IMG/VR virus record: IMGVR_UViG_3300027985_001318
Span: 159,651-223,650 of that record
Strand: one strand, 5' to 3'
Length of the DNA: 64,000 nt
This document shows, in pieces, positions 1 through 10,090 of this stretch (position 1 is its first letter; each line of letters starts with the position of its first letter). The notes under the pieces were generated by a model. It worked only from the letters and a program-made list of their open reading frames with translations. It was not told where the DNA came from and did no database searches. Both the position numbers and the translations under genes were made by a program.

Positions 1-994
1 GACCAACAACGAACTCCTGATGGCGAAGGGCGTGGACATCTGGAAAGAATGGGCTTTGCCTGAAGAGCAAACCCGGGAAGCTACGGCCCCTAAGAGCCGC
101 GTTCGTTTGATGACCGAACTTGGCCGAGCCAAGGGTGTTTCTGCCGTACGTGCAAACGCCATGATCGGTGAGAAACTTAACATTCTGGAAAGTCAGGGGC
201 TTGGGGAAGAAGCTTTCCATGAATGGCTGCGCGGTGAAGGCGTTGAGCCTTTCATATTGACCACTCACCCCAAAGGCGACTTGGGTCCGATCTACGGCGC
301 TCAGTGGCGTAATTTCGCTGGAGTGGATCAGCTCCGTGACTTGATCCGTGATCTGCGTCTGCGGCCGTTTTCTCGCCGTCACGTAGTTAGTGCGTGGAAT
401 CCCGCAGTACTGCCGGACGAGACTGCAACACATCAGGATAACATCCTGAATGGTCGCGCCGTGCTGGCATCCTGCCACGCGTTCTTCCAATGTCACTGCC
501 GTAAGCTGAACCTGCATCGTCGTGCTGAGATTGCTGATCGTTATCGGCTGTCAGTTGATGTTGATGACTTTATCAAAGTCGGTGCTGATGGCGACGATGA
601 GGAACGTTTCGATGGTTCTTTCGAGAAACTCGAAAACATCCTGGATGCGGCCGGCGTACCGAAGATTGGTCTTAGCCTTCAGATGTACCAGCGCTCCTGT
701 GATATCTGCTGTGGCGCGCGGTTTAATATTGCGTTTTATTCAGCACTGACCATGATGCTCGGTCGCGAACTGAACTACCATCCCGAAGAGTTCATTCACG
801 ATATCGGTAACTTGCACATCTACAAGAACCATATCGCCAATGCCCGCGAGCATTTGAAGCGCACACCTAAGCCGTTGCCGAAACTGCGGATCGCTGTACC
901 GGCAGGTACGAGTATTTTCAACATGAAATACGAGGACTTCAAACTCGAAGGTTATGACCCGATGCCGAAGATCGACTACCCGGTATCTATTTAA
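1..994 (+). CDS. thyA: Thymidylate synthase, 5'-truncated by window edge
   Basis: Motifs GVDIWKEWA, DLGPIYGAQWR, SRRHVVSAWNP, catalytic CH, YQRSCD..FN, HIYKNH; frame is open back to base 2 (TNNELLMAKG). Confidence 0.93.
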   Translation, partial: TNNELLMAKGVDIWKEWALPEEQTREATAPKSRVRLMTELGRAKGVSAVRANAMIGEKLNILESQGLGEEAFHEWLRGEGVEPFILTTHPKGDLGPIYGAQWRNFAGVDQLRDLIRDLRLRPFSRRHVVSAWNPAVLPDETATHQDNILNGRAVLASCHAFFQCHCRKLNLHRRAEIADRYRLSVDVDDFIKVGADGDDEERFDGSFEKLENILDAAGVPKIGLSLQMYQRSCDICCGARFNIAFYSALTMMLGRELNYHPEEFIHDIGNLHIYKNHIANAREHLKRTPKPLPKLRIAVPAGTSIFNMKYEDFKLEGYDPMPKIDYPVSI

Positions 995-998
995 CGAT

Positions 999-1030
999 AA
1001 AAAGAAGGAAGGGTTGTCCTTCCTTCTTTT
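999..1030 (+). terminator. Intrinsic terminator
   Basis: AAAAGAAGGAAGG-GTTGT-CCTTCCTTCTTTT hairpin after the thyA stop. Confidence 0.8.
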
Positions 1031-1055
1031 AACTCAACTGCGAGCTAAAAAAAAA

Positions 1056-1601
1056 ATGATAGATGTCGAGATGGCCTTTCGAAAACGCAAACAAATGACG
1101 ATACTGTCGCTTTTTACAGTTTTTATGTTCTTAACGGTTTGGCTGTTCGGTGTGACAGTCTTGATCTGGACGGATAGTAACGATAATCAAGTAGAGGCAG
1201 AACTCGTACAGTTTGCCGAGTACAACGGTATTTATTACGGGGTTTTCAATTTCTCTGAGTATTCGGAGTACTTGAATTTTCAACTGACTTACAAACAGTT
1301 CGATCAGCTTCGCTATAACCAGAATAAAGTCTGGCTTCTCAGCAGAGACGTAAACCCATTCCTGTTGGATTCCGGCCACCAGCTCCCGATGTTCTCAGAT
1401 AAAGTGAAATACCCGGACTGGTATCGTACTGTACGGCCATTGGTAGAGTATTGTAGACCGCTGTTATTTTATTTGTTTCTACAATTCATTGTGATAATGG
1501 TATTCATCATGATTGATTACCCGGCAGATGTAGGAGGTGGGTATGAAATCCATAGAAATCTCCAAAGGAACCTTAAACGGAATAGGGAGGATAAATCATG
1601 A
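1056..1601 (+). CDS. Hypothetical membrane protein (2 TM)
   Basis: Two hydrophobic segments; start placed after the terminator (ATG 1056 or 1071). Confidence 0.6.
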   Translation: MIDVEMAFRKRKQMTILSLFTVFMFLTVWLFGVTVLIWTDSNDNQVEAELVQFAEYNGIYYGVFNFSEYSEYLNFQLTYKQFDQLRYNQNKVWLLSRDVNPFLLDSGHQLPMFSDKVKYPDWYRTVRPLVEYCRPLLFYLFLQFIVIMVFIMIDYPADVGGGYEIHRNLQRNLKRNREDKS

Positions 1602-2383
1602 ATGAAGATATTGCTCCGAAGAAAATAGCAACCTATTCTACTTGCAGGATTGGCAAAAGACTAACCCAGAGATTATTGGATGTCGTTTTCGAAGACTACT
1701 GGGAGCAAGAAATACCTATAGAAGACCCATTTGAAGTAAGGTTGTTTAAGCGGGAGATGAAAGAATACATCGAAGAAAATAAATTGAAACTCGATGTAGA
1801 AAGCACGACAGAAACAATGGTTGCTGCTTTTAATCACCACAGCCCTTGGCTTTTACGCGAACAGCTTAAATTTATAATCGATGACGATTATAAAGACAGT
1901 TGTCTAATAAGTGGCTATCTCGAGCTAATCTCCTCCAAATATAAAGTAGATAGTTTTGGGCTTAGCCTGATTACGACACTGGAGATAAACGGCGAGGAAC
2001 CTCCTTATTACAGCTTTTCTGGATTTATCAATGGCAATATTTACTTCTATTCGCCGGAATACTTGAAAAAGATAAATAAATCGCTGGAAATGGATTCTGA
2101 AAAATCGGCTCATTTGCAATTAAGTGTTTGCGACGGACCTTACAAAGACAGCTGTGATCGGATAATAAACGCAGTAAAAGCTTTTGCGAAAGAGCACGAC
2201 TGGCATATCTTTTTAAATCGCCAAGTAACTGGACAGAATTGTTCGATCGCGGTATTGAAATGGTTGAGGGTTCTGGACAAATGTGTTTGCGCTAAGATCT
2301 CTGTGGTGTTCGATAACGGTTTAGTGGAGATAGTAACTACCGACAAGAGTAAGGTAGAGAACTCTATCGAATATAAACGATAA
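1598..2383 (+). CDS. Hypothetical protein
   Basis: 261-aa ORF, GGAGG RBS, ATGA overlap with the upstream stop. Confidence 0.75.
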   Translation: MNEDIAPKKIATYSTCRIGKRLTQRLLDVVFEDYWEQEIPIEDPFEVRLFKREMKEYIEENKLKLDVESTTETMVAAFNHHSPWLLREQLKFIIDDDYKDSCLISGYLELISSKYKVDSFGLSLITTLEINGEEPPYYSFSGFINGNIYFYSPEYLKKINKSLEMDSEKSAHLQLSVCDGPYKDSCDRIINAVKAFAKEHDWHIFLNRQVTGQNCSIAVLKWLRVLDKCVCAKISVVFDNGLVEIVTTDKSKVENSIEYKR

Positions 2384-2417
2384 AAGAGGAGGGCTTTCGC
2401 CCTCCTTCTTTTTTTTT
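2382..2417. terminator. Bidirectional terminator (GAGGAGGGC-TTTC-GCCCTCC family)
   Basis: Hairpin flanked by A and T runs between convergent genes. Confidence 0.8.
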
Positions 2418-2483
2418 GTTATTTTATGACTATCTGAAAAAGCAAAGGAGGACCTAAGACAGCGTACGTCCAGATACTCAGCA

Positions 2484-4034
2484 CTATGCCATACTTTCCA
2501 CACTGATACCGCTGACGTAGCTAGACGTTGATGTACTCTGCGTGGTTACTGTCAGGTAGATGTATCCTATCGGATCGGCTATTGCTTCGAGCACCAGGAA
2601 ATCGGCAGGAAGAACATATTCTGCGTCAATAACGTCCAACAGCGGATAAGTGTTTGCACCGTAATTACCTATCTTTGCGCCACTACCGACCACAGCAGAA
2701 CCAGCTACACAGACCTTGTACTTACCGTACGGGGTCAGTCCATTAATTTCAATCCAAGCCGTGCCAGCGCCCAGATAGATATTGCCCTTCAGCAGATCAT
2801 GGTTAGTTAGAGATACGCTAGTATCTCCCGTGTTGCCTCGACCTGTTGTGAAAAAGCTATTCCACGCTATTGCGTTCACCTTAATGGGAGATTGGTTACC
2901 AGCCGTATCTACAATCAGATCAGGATAAGTAAGTATGATATTTCCCGTAGTTGTAGGCGCCACTACCCGGTTAATGTTCGCCGGCATATTGCCTAGAGTG
3001 GTAAGACTACCGAACCCAAATAATGTTTCAGACACATCTGTTGTGGAAACACCAAGCTCTGGCCAAGTTCGCTTAACTACAGGGTCTGGTATTTGTCCTT
3101 TCGACATAGCGTAAATCCGCTCGAAATTAAACCGTCGCAGCGCAGCTATCCCAACGTTGTTAGGATGGGTGTAGTCGCTGTCGTCGAAGAACCAATTGCC
3201 AAGTCCCCACACGTAGTTATAAACATCAAGTATTGGCCGATCGATACTAGCATCCCAACATTCCGGCATGTTCTCCTTTATCCAAGGGTGGAGATAGGTT
3301 TCATCTACAAAACGCGAACCTATGTTCTCGTCGGCTCGACAAGAATCATTCAGTCCGTAATTACGGTATGAATTATTACCCACGATCACTTTGAATCCGG
3401 CGGCCTGTAATTGAGCAACGCCATCGGCAATTAACTCGATTCGTGTTGTCCAGTAAGATGCTGGCGCTGCATCTGCACGACCATACGTTCCAAAAGCATT
3501 CGTTATGTCGTTCCCTAGAGGATTTGCCAACACTACGACCAAGTTTTCTGTTCCAGCCCTCGCTAGGATAACCGGTAATGTTTTAGTATACCAATCACCA
3601 ATAGCCCGACCTGAAACCGCATCGATAGCGAGAGATACGTCCTCGCCAGCAGCAGAGAACATATGTTCGGTCCATGAACGCTTAGTCGAGGTATCGTATA
3701 AGTATTTATCTAGGGAAGCCATCCCAAAACACAGAGTGCCGATAGTAAACCCTACGGGGTCGGGAATCGAAGACTCACTATCTATCACGGTAATATTCTC
3801 TGACTTATAGCCAGTAAGTAGAGGATATATGATCGTACCAACATCAGCAGCGGTTAATAGGTAAGTTGTTTCCGTAGCTCCTTCGATGGCTACATCGTTC
3901 CGCATCCACTGAATCGCGGTTACAGTGAAACCGGGATCGGCTGAAACAGTTAGCGCCTCTCCTTTCACGCGCTTACCGGTGATTTTGACTTGCTCTTGAC
4001 GTCCTTTGAGCTGTAGCCAGTTACGAATACCCAT
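2484..4034 (-). CDS. Virion-associated protein: N-terminal Ig-like module plus SGNH-like esterase domain
   Basis: QWMRNDVAIEGATETTYLLTAADVG Ig-like motif; SGNH-like blocks FGMAS, AVSG, LGND, DYTHPN; AGGAG RBS before ATG 4034. Confidence 0.65.
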   Translation of the reverse strand: MGIRNWLQLKGRQEQVKITGKRVKGEALTVSADPGFTVTAIQWMRNDVAIEGATETTYLLTAADVGTIIYPLLTGYKSENITVIDSESSIPDPVGFTIGTLCFGMASLDKYLYDTSTKRSWTEHMFSAAGEDVSLAIDAVSGRAIGDWYTKTLPVILARAGTENLVVVLANPLGNDITNAFGTYGRADAAPASYWTTRIELIADGVAQLQAAGFKVIVGNNSYRNYGLNDSCRADENIGSRFVDETYLHPWIKENMPECWDASIDRPILDVYNYVWGLGNWFFDDSDYTHPNNVGIAALRRFNFERIYAMSKGQIPDPVVKRTWPELGVSTTDVSETLFGFGSLTTLGNMPANINRVVAPTTTGNIILTYPDLIVDTAGNQSPIKVNAIAWNSFFTTGRGNTGDTSVSLTNHDLLKGNIYLGAGTAWIEINGLTPYGKYKVCVAGSAVVGSGAKIGNYGANTYPLLDVIDAEYVLPADFLVLEAIADPIGYIYLTVTTQSTSTSSYVSGISVESMA

Positions 4035-4158
4035 TCGTATCTCCTTTGGTTCATGATATCTGATCGACAGAATCAACGAATGGATATTCGTTGAAGATGG
4101 CGAGGTCTATTCTGTAAAGAATATTTAATTCATCATAATTATTGAATAGGAAAAAAAC

Positions 4159-7100
4159 ATGGCTATTCGTAATCAATTTCAATACCTAGCCGATCTAAGT
4201 GCTTCCAGTGGATCAGGTATCAAAGTAACTGGTCAATATAAAGTAGGAGAAACTCTTACTGTAAAAGTTACTGGTGGGCTTGTAATATCCTCCATTCAGT
4301 GGGTTCGTTTGGTAGACGATGTCGAGGTAGAGATAGCTGGCGCCAACGCTACCAGCTATACCTTGACGTTGGAAGACGGTACTTACAAGATTTACCCAAA
4401 GATCCTGGCCTATACTCTCGTGGATGCAAAACCGGTAGAAATCACCCCGATTCCTCCGGTCGTAGTTACGGTGCCGATGATTATTCGTTCCGTACTTGGT
4501 GAGGAAGTCCAGTATACTCCGGCAAGCTTCACTGGATTTCCGACGCCAGAAGTTACTAATGAATGGACCATCGACGGACAACCGGTCGGTGGTATTACTC
4601 CGATTGCATCTATTGTCGGCTCGCAAATCATCCTTGCTCAGCGAGCTAGCAACTCTGCCGGCGAAGTAGTGGCTCAGAGTGATCCAGCTACCGTTATCAT
4701 CGAAAACCCAGAGGACGCTATTTTCTCGGCAGCAATCGTAGTTCCCATTACAGACTTCCTGACCGCTGGTGAGGTCCTCGTGACCGACGGTAGTGCGGAC
4801 TACGTGCCGATGATTAACGCTGGCTTCGTAACCCTCAACCAAGCCTTCCAAGCCGATGGTATCAGACGTCAAATTGGATTCCCAGAAGGTCTGTTCAAGA
4901 CCACCACCGATAACCCGAATCTGTTCGGATATAATGGTGTCGGTATAAAGGGCGCTGGGGCTGGGAAAACGATTTTCCAACCAGTGCGTTCTTTGTTCCT
5001 AACCAATCCGGATTACGACACCGCTCAAGTTTACCACGAAGACATGCTTCTTAGCGACTTCGAAGTAGACTGCGTGAACCAAGTTATCGAATCTGGATAT
5101 CTCTGGTATACGTATAAAGCATTCTTTATGCGTCGCTGTCGTCGCCAGTATTACAAGAACGTCGTAGCGCATGATAGTCTCGGTACGTTGTTCGGGTTGG
5201 ATTTCATGGACAGCTGTTACTTCTACGACTGTGAAGCTTACGGCAGTGGTCGCTCTACCGTTATTGGGAGTGGTCCTGGGGCCGGCTTTGGTATTTCTGT
5301 CGGTCGTCAAACAGAAGAGATCTGTGAGTTCTATCGCTGTATTGCCCACGGCAACAAGACCGGCGGTTTCTATTTCGAGCTAGTCGGCGGTGCCACTGTT
5401 AAGCCTACCGGTATCAAACTCGTTGACTGTATTGGTTACGAGAACTACATCGGTGTCGATGACTGCGGCTGTAACGCGATCTTGATTGAGAACAACACCC
5501 AGTACAACAACACGCTAGCTGGAGTTAAATGGGGCGCTAATAGCGTTACCAGCAACACCAAGGGTCCGATCAATGGACGAATTGTCGGCGGTGAGTACTA
5601 CGGCAATGGTTATCTCAGTTCCAGTTCCGGACGTAAAAGCTCCGGTGGGGTTGTTTTCGGTTATGCTCTGAGAGAAGACCTGACTAGCAAGTTCGTGGTG
5701 GAAGATGCTGATATTCACGATAACGTTGGTTTGGGCATTGGTAACCAGGTCGACATACCTCCGTCTCTCTGGCTGAAGGGATCTACTAAACTCCGCTTCA
5801 ATGGCGGGTCAGGTATGTACTTCTATCACCCCACGCAGTTGCTGCAGGATTTCTTGGTAGACGATACCGTAGAGCTAACTAGCAACGGTATGAGCAGTAA
5901 CTGGGAACATGCGGATGGCATTACCCTTTGTTGCAATACCGACAACGCTCGGATCAAAGCAAGCGGGGGTGATGCTCAAGCCATACCTAGACAGCAATCT
6001 GTTGTGGCGTTCAGAGGGCCTTGGTTTACTGCCAAAAACGCTAAAGTCTATGGCGATATGACCACACATACCACAATGACCCCGGTTCGTATGGAACATG
6101 TAGTCGATGGTGATTTCACCGATCTGTCCAAGAAAGCCCAAGGTTTACCGACCTCCGTTAATCTGATTAACCGGGCTAAAAACCCCAGTGGGTTAGGTAC
6201 ATTGGTTCCAACCAATGAAAGTAACGCCGATATATCCGTGGTTGATATCACAGACCATCCAAACGGACGGACTAAGGCTTTCCGTATGACTGCCATAGCT
6301 AATGCGTCAGTAAAGGCTAATTTCTTTACTACGACTGATCATAGCGATCTGGCGGTAGGTGACCTTTACTGTCTCACAGCGCTAGTTAAATGCTCTCTGA
6401 CTGGCGTTGAGGTTGGTGGTTCGGTAGTGACCTCACAGTCTGGGTATGGCTACTCCATTACTCCGGACACGATAACTGACGGAACTTGGCAACGTGTTTT
6501 TATTATAGGCCGTGTCAAATCTTCCACTTTCCCTTTGAGCATCACGATGAGTAGTGTCGAAGCCGGAGTCTATCTGGACATCACTGACATCATGGTAACC
6601 AAAGGACCTAACGTCTACGATTTCTTTGATGGTAGCAATAATGGAGGAACCTGGACCGGTACTGCCGACAACAGTACTTCAACTAAGACTGTAAGTCTGG
6701 CTAGTAACATCAAGCAACCACTCAAGGTTGCTACTCAATGGAACCCTGTAAATAACTCGGCAGAAGCCAGGGCTTTGCCTAACGTAGCTATTCGCTGGGC
6801 CCATTATATCGGTAGCGAAGCGCAAGAAGAACTCGTACTTGCATTTCCAAACTGGTATCTTGGTTCTACCTCCACTGGGATGTGTACCGATATCGCGAAC
6901 GATATGCCAATCGAAGCGGTTTCTGTCGAATGTAACTCTGTAGTAACACCTGTTACTTTTAGTGGAGCTAGAGCGGTTACTTTGGCTAGCGGCGAAGCTT
7001 TGGTTCTTTCAGATCCAATTCCTGCTTCTGCTTTCGGAATGGAGTCACTGCCGGTTAATCAACAGCTCTTTATCAAGATGAAGATTAACTTCGCGGACAC

Positions 7101-7923
7101 TACTTCATTGCTTCCGTTTGCTGCTCCTCGTCGAGCTGAGAATGGACAGCAGGTTTGGTGGTATGACTCTGCAGCCACCGAAGTATCGGATGTCGATGTT
7201 GCTGGGGTCTTCACTAGCACTGGGACAGCGGTCAGTACCAGACTCTCCGGTTACTGTCCGTTCGTGTTTGGTCGTGCGGTCCAGGCGACTAAGAGCATCT
7301 GTATTCGTGGTGACTCTATCAGCGCCGGCACTGGTGATTCTTCTAACCCAGTTTCTGGTACTGGTTGGTTCCAACGTATGGTTGGTGGCTTCACTGTTCC
7401 GTTGGCGAGCCTGAACCTCGCTGTTCATGGCAGTGTCGCTTTGGCTGGTATCAATGACCCCCGTATCAATAATCTCTACGATTACTGCACTGACGGTCAT
7501 GTGTTCTATGGAACCAACGATATCTCAGCTAGCGGTGACGGAACGGCTCCAGCTGCTATGTTGCTTCGTTTGCAGAACATCCGTTCGCAGATGTTGGAAC
7601 ATGACCTTGCAGACATCGGTGTATCGAAGATCCTGGTTCGCAGTGCTTCTACTGACCTCTGGGCCACTGAAGAGAATCAGACTATCAATACCGGATGGGG
7701 CGCTGGTGGCTATCCTGACCAGCTGAACGCTCTCTTGGATGCTGATACTGGCTGGGCTTACGTCCTTAACCACGACAGTATCCGCGGGACTGATCCGTGG
7801 AAGTGGAAAACTAACGGTAGTAGCCGTGGCTATTCCTACGATGGTACTCACGCGTCAAACGGAGGCTACGCCGCCATGGCTACAGATGCCGTTGCGGTTG
7901 TACAAGAGTCAATGTTTGGCTGA
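4159..7923 (+). CDS. Putative polysaccharide depolymerase/tailspike: Ig-like + right-handed beta-helix + carbohydrate-binding-like + SGNH esterase
   Basis: GIKGAGAGKT and G/N-rich beta-helix repeats; C-terminal RGDSIS, NLAVHG, YGTND, DGTH blocks. Confidence 0.7.
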   Translation: MAIRNQFQYLADLSASSGSGIKVTGQYKVGETLTVKVTGGLVISSIQWVRLVDDVEVEIAGANATSYTLTLEDGTYKIYPKILAYTLVDAKPVEITPIPPVVVTVPMIIRSVLGEEVQYTPASFTGFPTPEVTNEWTIDGQPVGGITPIASIVGSQIILAQRASNSAGEVVAQSDPATVIIENPEDAIFSAAIVVPITDFLTAGEVLVTDGSADYVPMINAGFVTLNQAFQADGIRRQIGFPEGLFKTTTDNPNLFGYNGVGIKGAGAGKTIFQPVRSLFLTNPDYDTAQVYHEDMLLSDFEVDCVNQVIESGYLWYTYKAFFMRRCRRQYYKNVVAHDSLGTLFGLDFMDSCYFYDCEAYGSGRSTVIGSGPGAGFGISVGRQTEEICEFYRCIAHGNKTGGFYFELVGGATVKPTGIKLVDCIGYENYIGVDDCGCNAILIENNTQYNNTLAGVKWGANSVTSNTKGPINGRIVGGEYYGNGYLSSSSGRKSSGGVVFGYALREDLTSKFVVEDADIHDNVGLGIGNQVDIPPSLWLKGSTKLRFNGGSGMYFYHPTQLLQDFLVDDTVELTSNGMSSNWEHADGITLCCNTDNARIKASGGDAQAIPRQQSVVAFRGPWFTAKNAKVYGDMTTHTTMTPVRMEHVVDGDFTDLSKKAQGLPTSVNLINRAKNPSGLGTLVPTNESNADISVVDITDHPNGRTKAFRMTAIANASVKANFFTTTDHSDLAVGDLYCLTALVKCSLTGVEVGGSVVTSQSGYGYSITPDTITDGTWQRVFIIGRVKSSTFPLSITMSSVEAGVYLDITDIMVTKGPNVYDFFDGSNNGGTWTGTADNSTSTKTVSLASNIKQPLKVATQWNPVNNSAEARALPNVAIRWAHYIGSEAQEELVLAFPNWYLGSTSTGMCTDIANDMPIEAVSVECNSVVTPVTFSGARAVTLASGEALVLSDPIPASAFGMESLPVNQQLFIKMKINFADTTSLLPFAAPRRAENGQQVWWYDSAATEVSDVDVAGVFTSTGTAVSTRLSGYCPFVFGRAVQATKSICIRGDSISAGTGDSSNPVSGTGWFQRMVGGFTVPLASLNLAVHGSVALAGINDPRINNLYDYCTDGHVFYGTNDISASGDGTAPAAMLLRLQNIRSQMLEHDLADIGVSKILVRSASTDLWATEENQTINTGWGAGGYPDQLNALLDADTGWAYVLNHDSIRGTDPWKWKTNGSSRGYSYDGTHASNGGYAAMATDAVAVVQESMFG

Positions 7924-7926
7924 CCC

Positions 7927-7957
7927 AAAAAAGAGAGGGGAAACCCTCTCTTTTTTT
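7927..7957 (+). terminator. Intrinsic terminator
   Basis: AAAAAAGAGAGGG-GAAA-CCCTCTCTTTTTTT. Confidence 0.85.
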
Positions 7958-7966
7958 ACCAATCCC

Positions 7967-7999
7967 AAAAAATCTCACACAGATATTACTCAGATGAAC
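7967..7999 (+). promoter_or_regulatory. Putative early phage promoter
   Basis: AAAAAATCTCACACAGATATTACTCAGATGAAC; matches the motif recurring at 8 other operon starts. Confidence 0.65.
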
Positions 8000-8076
8000 T
8001 AAAGCCCCTTAGGCTTACGTTAAAAAAGATCTACCACAACTTTCTTTGAACAACAACCCAACTGTAAGGAAACACA

Positions 8077-8967
8077 ATGAAACAATTCTCTCAACCCATT
8101 CACCAACGCGTACATGCGCTGGTATGTTTGGTAATCGTACTGATCGCCGGTTTCTTCTGCAGCCAACTGCATGCCGAAAGCATTTCGGCCGGTGGCGCAG
8201 AAGGCCACTACTACCGTTCTTACGCCCCCAACCTGGCAATGGAAGTCGGCAAGGTCAACCGGACTTACTCCGGTAAGGCTACCCTCCAAGTCACCGAGAG
8301 CGAAGGTTCGCTCGATAACCTGTTCCGCACAGCCAACAACGAAGCCCAATTCGGCCTGACCCAGGCTGACGCCTACATGTACTTCCGCAGTACGCAGCCC
8401 AACGAAACCAACCAGCTGGTGCTGTTGGGTAACGTGCCGGTTGAAGAATGTGTGATGATGGTGGTGGCCGAGAAGTCCAAGATCAAGGAATTCGATGATC
8501 TCGGCAAGGACAATACCGTGAACATCGGCGCGCCCGGCTCCGGTTCCCAGGCTTCCTGGGCTTATTTCAAGAAGCTGATCCCTGGCCTGCGGGACGTTAA
8601 GACCAGTGAGAACTCCAACATCCTGGCACTGGGCGACATCCAGACCGGCGCCGTCGACGCCATGATTTTCGTCACCACCAAGAACCGCAGTTCTGAGGTG
8701 ATGGAAATGGTGAACGCCGAAGACTCCGGGCTCAAGTTCGTCGACGTCGATGACGATCGTTTGAATGAGAAACTCCCCAACGGCAAGCCGGTTTACAGCA
8801 ACGAAAAGGTTCAGGTCGAGTTCGGCACCACCTGGCCGGACAAGGTCCAGGCGCAGTGTATGCGACTCCAGATCGTGGCCAATGTCAACAACGACAAGAA
8901 GCTCAACGAAGCGGTGGTCCGCGCCATCATTCGCAGCGGTCCGTCGGTGGCGACCATTCGCGAATAA
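8077..8967 (+). CDS. TAXI-family TRAP transporter solute-binding protein
   Basis: Signal peptide; AGGAEGHYY, SEGSLDNL, FGLTQAD, NIGAPGSGSQ, GAVDAMIF motifs. Confidence 0.82.
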   Translation: MKQFSQPIHQRVHALVCLVIVLIAGFFCSQLHAESISAGGAEGHYYRSYAPNLAMEVGKVNRTYSGKATLQVTESEGSLDNLFRTANNEAQFGLTQADAYMYFRSTQPNETNQLVLLGNVPVEECVMMVVAEKSKIKEFDDLGKDNTVNIGAPGSGSQASWAYFKKLIPGLRDVKTSENSNILALGDIQTGAVDAMIFVTTKNRSSEVMEMVNAEDSGLKFVDVDDDRLNEKLPNGKPVYSNEKVQVEFGTTWPDKVQAQCMRLQIVANVNNDKKLNEAVVRAIIRSGPSVATIRE

Positions 8968-9028
8968 ACCCAGCTAGAGGAGAGGGGAAACCCTCTCCTC
9001 TATAAACCCTATTTTTTAAGGAAAGAAA

Positions 9029-9292
9029 ATGAGTGAATTCGGTGGTATGTGTGACATCCGCTACAAAGTAGCCCAACAGACCCGAGAGTTGGCGATCTTG
9101 CTAACCCTTGGAGTATTTACTGTGCTCAGTCTTTTCATGGTTCCTGACGATATCCTCGAAGGTATTTTCTGGTACATGGCCCTTGGGTTGTGCTTCATTG
9201 CACTGATCTCTCCCAATAAGGCCTTGAAATACTGGCTGGTAGGGATTGCTCTGATCGGTATTATGATAGCTCTGGCTATCCGTGCGCTTTAG
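9029..9292 (+). CDS. Small membrane protein (about 3 TM)
   Basis: 87 aa, highly hydrophobic, AAGGA RBS. Confidence 0.7.
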   Translation: MSEFGGMCDIRYKVAQQTRELAILLTLGVFTVLSLFMVPDDILEGIFWYMALGLCFIALISPNKALKYWLVGIALIGIMIALAIRAL

Positions 9293-9332
9293 TGGGAGAG
9301 GGCTAAGTCCCTCTCTTTTTTTTGCTGAGAAC

Positions 9333-9366
9333 AAAAAGTTTTTGCGAATATATTACCAAATTGAAC
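9333..9366 (+). promoter_or_regulatory. Putative early phage promoter
   Basis: TATATTAC core at 9349-9356 followed by CAAATTGAAC, just after a terminator. Confidence 0.65.
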
Positions 9367-9445
9367 TATTATAGCAGAAGTTCTTTTTTACTGCGTAATC
9401 TAACTTATAGGGCTATAAACTTCTCATCACATAAGGAAACCAATA

Positions 9446-10087
9446 ATGCTTTTACGTACTTTCTTTGCCAATTCTAAATTCGATCCTACTTTCTTCACTA
9501 CTGACGGCGCTATTGAAGGCATGGCTGGTGTCCTTGGTTTCAATGGTGACACAGAAGCCACTGCGGCCGAGTTCAGTAAGGAAGGGATTAGTTTCCTGGT
9601 ACGGAACTATCTCGCCAACCAACCCTACGGTGAAGGTATCGAGCTCAAGCCTTCTCCTTTCGACAATACCTACGTCGAGATCGTCGGGATGGACAACCCT
9701 CACGGTTTCTATCTCTTCACTGGCGAAAAGATGGAAGAGCTCTACGACTGGATTTCCGGAGAGCCGGATGAAGACAGTAACGAAGAAGTCCCCCCTCCTG
9801 AAGGGACTGAGCTCGTGCTCGAAGAGATCCGTCGACATATCAACGAAACTAACCAGACGTTCCTGATCGAGCCGGTCATCGGGACCATTGGTCTCAGCGA
9901 CGGTTCCGTCAACGAAACCGCCCTGGTGGTGGTTTTCCCTAGCCTTCACGCATCTCAGCTGAATGCCATGAACGCCGTGGAAGAAAGCGATGTCATCTTC
10001 CAGGAGATGGAAGACGAAACCAAGCAGGAACTGGCCGAGTACATGGAAGCAGAACAGGCTTCGGCTAAAGAAGTAGTCGAGGAATAA
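9446..10087 (+). CDS. Hypothetical acidic protein
   Basis: 213 aa, very E/D rich, AAGGAAA RBS. Confidence 0.75.
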   Translation: MLLRTFFANSKFDPTFFTTDGAIEGMAGVLGFNGDTEATAAEFSKEGISFLVRNYLANQPYGEGIELKPSPFDNTYVEIVGMDNPHGFYLFTGEKMEELYDWISGEPDEDSNEEVPPPEGTELVLEEIRRHINETNQTFLIEPVIGTIGLSDGSVNETALVVVFPSLHASQLNAMNAVEESDVIFQEMEDETKQELAEYMEAEQASAKEVVEE

Positions 10088-10090
10088 AAG

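Noticed and set aside
9029-9292. Holin call for the 87-aa membrane protein
   Set aside because: It sits in an apparently early unit with the TAXI gene, not beside a lysin, and lacks a charged C-terminal tail
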